Positions 60,492-64,000 of a DNA stretch of 64,000 nucleotides are shown piece by piece; the first letter of the stretch is position 1; each line of letters starts with the position of its first letter. A program made the translations under genes and the position numbers. Source of the DNA: Massalongia carnosa (Eukaryota); the NCBI GenBank assembly GCA_965645245.1, contig OZ287071.1:1798001-1862000 (forward strand). Direction: 5' to 3'. The notes under the pieces are model-generated. The model made no database searches. It was not told the DNA's origin and saw only the letters and a list, made by a program, of their open reading frames with translations.

Positions 60492-62113
60492 AAGTTAGCC
60501 AATCTTTCATCATCAAAACGTGACAGGGCATCTGCTAGTCCATTGGAAGTGCCACTGATCCATTGACAACGTAGTACGATGTCCCACTTTGCAGCTATGG
60601 ACAGTATTTCTCGTAGAGGCGCGTTGGCCGGTCCCTTGAGGGTTAGATTCGTGAATCCTGTGTATGCTGTGTTGCTGTCGGTAAAGACAAGGATCTGTCG
60701 ATGTCGCCATGTCGGCGCCCATTTCTGAAGGATTAGAAGGATAGCTTCGACTTCTCGGACGTTTATGCTCGGTGATCCTTCCTGATTGAGGACTAGGACT
60801 CGGGCCCTACATGCGTTTTTTTGATTCACGAGCTCGTTGTCTTGTTGAAAATAGCCTCCGAGACCCGTGAGGCATGCATCCGTATGCACCTTGATCGTGT
60901 CTCGTGTTGACGTCTCGAAGAAGACAATACCGTTGAAGTCCACTAGAAGTTTGTTCCACCAGATGAGATCCTGTCTGACCCATGTGGGAATTCTTCTTTT
61001 GACCCGACGATGACTGCCCGAGGGAAATGAGGCTATAAAATTCCAGAATAATCGTAAGAAGACTCGGCCCAATTTGACTGCCTGTGCGCAGAAGCTTAGG
61101 AAGCCCGCTATTGACTGCATGTCGCCGAGGCTGATTGTCGTCTCGTTTAGTGCCTTTGTAGTGATGATTCTCGCTTTTTCCAGCTTGTCCGCTGGCAGAC
61201 GAATAAGACTGTTGATGGTGTCGACCTCGAGTCCGAAGACTGTCGCTGTCGTTCCCTCGGCGTCTTTTGAGTCGTTTCTCGGGATGCCAAGAATGTCGGT
61301 GAGAATGTTGTAGGCTTTTGTTTCTTGGTGCAATCGTTCTGACGATGTCTCGGATGGGAAGATTGCAACGAAGTCGTCTAGATAGTGATGTAATCTCCAT
61401 TGTAGAAAGGATTTCAAAATCCAATGAAAGCCTTCCGCAAAAAGATTGAAGATGAACGGGGCCGTCGACAGTCCGAACGAAAGGCATGTCTCGGTGTAGA
61501 ATTCGTCATTCCATCCGAAACCCAGAAGCCATTGATGATGAGGTGCGACGGGAACGTTTCGAAAGGCGTCTTTGACGTCTCTTTTCACTATGACAGCACC
61601 TTTGCCCGCTGACAGAATCAATTGAATAATGTCGTCGAGTCTGGCGTATTGTAATTTGGATGCCTCTTCTGGAATGTTGTCGTTGACTGATGTTTGATTG
61701 GGATGAGACAGATGATGAATGCGTCGCCATCCTCCGTCATGTTTCGGGACCAAGCCGAGGGGGGAGGCCACAAATGGCTGACTCGGGGCGGCTATTCGTC
61801 TGACTCGGCCCTTCCTGAGGTCCTCTTGGAGCTTATTCTCGATCGTTTCCGGGTCCTCATTCGCTGATGTCAGATTTTTTTCGATCCGAAGGATGTCTGT
61901 GGGGCCTTCGTATCCGATTTGTACTCCGAAACGAAGGATCATGGGCAGATGGACTCGGAGGGGGCCCGGATACTCTTGAAGTAGAGTTGCCCATGCGGAC
62001 GGTACGAGGGGAGATGGGCTGTCTTTCAAACGCTGACGAGATGCGTCTACGAGTTGAAACGAAGGGATTGTATTTGGTCTGATTGGTGCAGGTAAGCAGG
62101 GATGGGACGTCAT
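60410..62113 (-). CDS. Reverse transcriptase / RNase H of the YR retrotransposon
   Basis: SPLGLVPK..GGWRRIHHLS, KRDVKDAFRNVPV, LSFGLSTAPFIF, HYLDDF. RNase H: VHTDAC..GLGG, INVREVEA, FTDSNT, WISGTSNGLADALSR. Confidence 0.96.
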   Translation of the reverse strand: MTSHPCLPAPIRPNTIPSFQLVDASRQRLKDSPSPLVPSAWATLLQEYPGPLRVHLPMILRFGVQIGYEGPTDILRIEKNLTSANEDPETIENKLQEDLRKGRVRRIAAPSQPFVASPLGLVPKHDGGWRRIHHLSHPNQTSVNDNIPEEASKLQYARLDDIIQLILSAGKGAVIVKRDVKDAFRNVPVAPHHQWLLGFGWNDEFYTETCLSFGLSTAPFIFNLFAEGFHWILKSFLQWRLHHYLDDFVAIFPSETSSERLHQETKAYNILTDILGIPRNDSKDAEGTTATVFGLEVDTINSLIRLPADKLEKARIITTKALNETTISLGDMQSIAGFLSFCAQAVKLGRVFLRLFWNFIASFPSGSHRRVKRRIPTWVRQDLIWWNKLLVDFNGIVFFETSTRDTIKVHTDACLTGLGGYFQQDNELVNQKNACRARVLVLNQEGSPSINVREVEAILLILQKWAPTWRHRQILVFTDSNTAYTGFTNLTLKGPANAPLREILSIAAKWDIVLRCQWISGTSNGLADALSRFDDERLANFCPHWQNPYNSMNLPPPTYPPHQGQPW

Positions 62114-62158
62114 GAATTCAGCTATTGAAGCTATTCTACTGCCTCCTGCACCAACCCC

Positions 62159-63173
62159 CTATTTCTTCGTTGGGCATGTCTTCTGGCCATGCCCAGCCGC
62201 GCCGCACGATTTACATTTGTGCTGTCGGTAGCACGACGGCCAGGTGCAGGTGCCGCTGTTGTACTTGTCGCAGATTTCCCCCGCTGCCTTCTCGGCCCTA
62301 TCGGCCCTGTCTCCTCTCGGGGTCGGTCGCCGGGACGGCGGGGATCGTGAGCGGCGACGGCGTAGGACTGTGAGGGGGGTGCAGAATCGAGCTTGGAATT
62401 CGTCGGGCATTTTCCATTGGGATGCGTCGGATGGCTGAGACGCGATGATGTGAGTGTGGGTTTCGATGGCGAGGGGGAGGACTGCTTCCTGCCACTCGTA
62501 CACCTTGGCCAGCGTGAGGATTTTTCCGTGGAATGCCGACATGGTGGCGTGAAGCTGTTGACTCGATTTCCCGAAAAGACTGACCATGATCGAGGTGTAG
62601 TTGATGAAGCTCTCGGTCCAGACGTCATGAACTGTCTTTCCGAAATCTTTGTAGGTCCCGGATGCCTTTCTCAACCTCAAGGCGCCGTCTTCGATGCCGA
62701 TGCGGTCCTAATCCTTGTAGGACTCGTATTGCATGCCGTGCATGTGTCGGAGGCGGGAGAGGTTGATGGCTTTGAATTTATTTGAAAAGATCTTGATGAT
62801 CTCGTCCTGTGGTAGGCCCGCGAAACGGGGTGCTATACTTCTTACTTCGAGAGGGATCTCACCTAGGTCCTCGTCGTCATCGCCGACGACACGACTCGGC
62901 TTGCCAGCAGGAATGACGGCCGCTATTCGGGCGTCAGATTCTCGGCGCATGCAGTCGATTTCTAGCTGCATTTTTTCCACCTCCTTCTCGGCGACCAATG
63001 CCTTGGACTCGGCAATTCTGGCCTCAGCCTCGGCCGCCTTCGCTTCTGCCTCGGCTTTCTTCTTTTGTAGGGCGAAGATTTTGATTGGACTGGGCCTGCG
63101 TCAATCCGACAATCTCCTGGGAGTCGGGGACTATGTCGTCCATCGGGGTGCTTTGGGAACGGGTGTTCGTCAT
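62159..63173 (-). pseudogene. gag-like ORF1 of the YR retrotransposon, with one frameshift and one nonsense codon
   Basis: ATG at 63173 (MTNTRSQSTPMDD). Removing one base in the run at 63079-63082 joins the coiled-coil frame (IFALQKKKAEAEAKAAEAEAR). In-frame TAG at 62708-62710. C-terminal CDKYNSGTCTWPSCYRQH and CKSCGAAGHGQKTC zinc fingers. Confidence 0.85.
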
Positions 63174-63180
63174 TGGGAAA

Positions 63181-63319
63181 AAGCACCGACAGCGAGGTAG
63201 GGGCACCGAGGACAACGTGAGGTCGACGACGAGTCAGTGAGATGGGAAAAGCAGCAAGCACTGACAGCGAGGTAGGGGCACCGAGACAACGTGGGGTCGA
63301 CGACGAGTCAGTGAGATGG
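63181..63319. repeat. Direct duplication of about 65 bp (63181-63245 and 63256-63319) in the 5' leader of the YR element
   Basis: AAGCAC[C/T]GACAGCGAGGTAGGGGCACCGAG(G)ACAACGTG[A/G]GGTCGACGACGAGTCAGTGAGATGG; two substitutions and one indel between copies. Confidence 0.95.
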
Positions 63320-63441
63320 ATGAGGCCGAGTGAGAAGAAGTGGATGAGGAAAGAATTTTCAGAGGGTGATTCTTAATTTACTTTGACTCAGGGGCCTCAC
63401 GTGACATAGAACCATCTCATCTTTTACCCAACTCCCTCATT

Positions 63442-64000
63442 ATGAATAATCAATCATCAATTAATCGTTCTAGTACACCTGATTTTGATGATCATAACTG
63501 TAATCAGGAGTATTCTACGCCCATAAAAGCTAAAGTTCAAGCTGTTGTTGAATTTAATGATGCTCATAAAATTCTCTATTTTAAAGAAGACGTTTTTCGT
63601 CATTTCGGCGTGGAACGAACGAGCGGTTATGCCATGCTTCGGGGCGAATCATCTCGTCGATTTCATCACAACTCGGTCTGGCCAGAGCTTCGAGGTAGAA
63701 AAAAAGCGATTGATTGGGAGACTCTCAAGAGACTGGAGGAAATAATTGAAAATGGAGGTATTCAAGCTCGAGCTATGTCCTGGTATCAACTGGCCAAAGA
63801 AGTAGGCCTCGTGGGCAGTAATCGAGTGCATTGGCACACCATCAGAAATACTATGCAGGACTTGGAATATCACAAATGCATCGCTTGTACGAGGACCTGG
63901 ATTGCTCCTCATCTTCGTGCTTTAAGACGTACTTTTGCACGAGATAAAATCACCACTTGGACATTGGAGGACTGGAAGTTGGTTCGTTTCAGCGATGAAG
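63442..64000 (+). CDS. Tc1/mariner-superfamily DDE transposase, 5' part (runs off the window; missing from the ORF track)
   Basis: My translation is open for 186 codons: MNNQSSINRSSTPDF...STPIKAKVQAVVEF...DVFRHFGVERTSGYAML (HTH), RGRKKAI (GRPR-like linker), SWYQLAKEVG...VHWHTIRNTM (second HTH), WTLEDWKLVRFSDE (first catalytic Asp motif of Tc1-type enzymes). Confidence 0.9.
   Translation, partial: MNNQSSINRSSTPDFDDHNCNQEYSTPIKAKVQAVVEFNDAHKILYFKEDVFRHFGVERTSGYAMLRGESSRRFHHNSVWPELRGRKKAIDWETLKRLEEIIENGGIQARAMSWYQLAKEVGLVGSNRVHWHTIRNTMQDLEYHKCIACTRTWIAPHLRALRRTFARDKITTWTLEDWKLVRFSDE

Larger units (their letters stand above)
59100..63405 (-). mobile_element. Tyrosine-recombinase retrotransposon (DIRS order, Ngaro-like): gag, RT/RNase H, YR
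   Basis: Three consecutive intron-less minus-strand ORFs in the order gag, pol, YR. No DDE integrase, protease or LTRs, and no methyltransferase domain after RNase H. Boundaries are approximate. Confidence 0.92.

Noticed and set aside
60410..62113. Gypsy/Copia LTR element, LINE or bacterial retron/group II RT
   Set aside because: No protease, DDE integrase, endonuclease, LTR pair or poly-A tail. The RT and RNase H motifs and the linked YR indicate the DIRS order.
63545..63912. ORF-track entries 63545-63745 (+) and 63649-63912 (-)
   Set aside because: Alternative frames of the real transposase ORF that starts at 63442.
1..64000. tRNA or rRNA genes
   Set aside because: None recognised by eye. 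A tRNAscan-SE/Infernal run is needed to exclude them.

Overview
Eukaryotic DNA from a filamentous ascomycete (Pezizomycotina, inferred from the gene set and the short GT-AG introns with CTRAY branch points). About 58.7 kb is ordinary gene-dense chromosome with about 22 mostly intron-containing genes: an MTC2-like gene, VPS16, kinesin-3, a SUMO-targeted RING protein, PHS1, a DNF3-type flippase, a Pho2/Phx1-like homeobox factor, GEP4, SMD3, IRC6/p34, DMA1, PRP19, a small conserved protein, a GT15 mannosyltransferase, an unknown membrane protein of about 900 aa, YRB1, TAF14, phosducin-like phnA next to G-beta sfaD, samB and a 2OG-Fe(II) oxygenase. A multiply disrupted MFS pseudogene also lies here. 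The last 5 kb hold the most unusual structure. A tyrosine-recombinase (Ngaro/DIRS-type) retrotransposon on the minus strand has a disrupted gag but intact RT-RNaseH and YR. It sits between a Tc1-like terminal-repeat candidate (about 59030) and a Tc1/mariner transposase ORF (63442 to the window end) that the ORF track missed, which looks like a nested or composite element. Other signals: a strongly over-represented non-coding 9-mer TACAGAGTA, repeated C-rich to G-rich strand-skew switches near convergent gene ends, a GC-AG intron and two unusually long introns. Gene identities come from recognised motifs, not database searches. Exon boundaries were read by eye, and CDS coordinates span introns.
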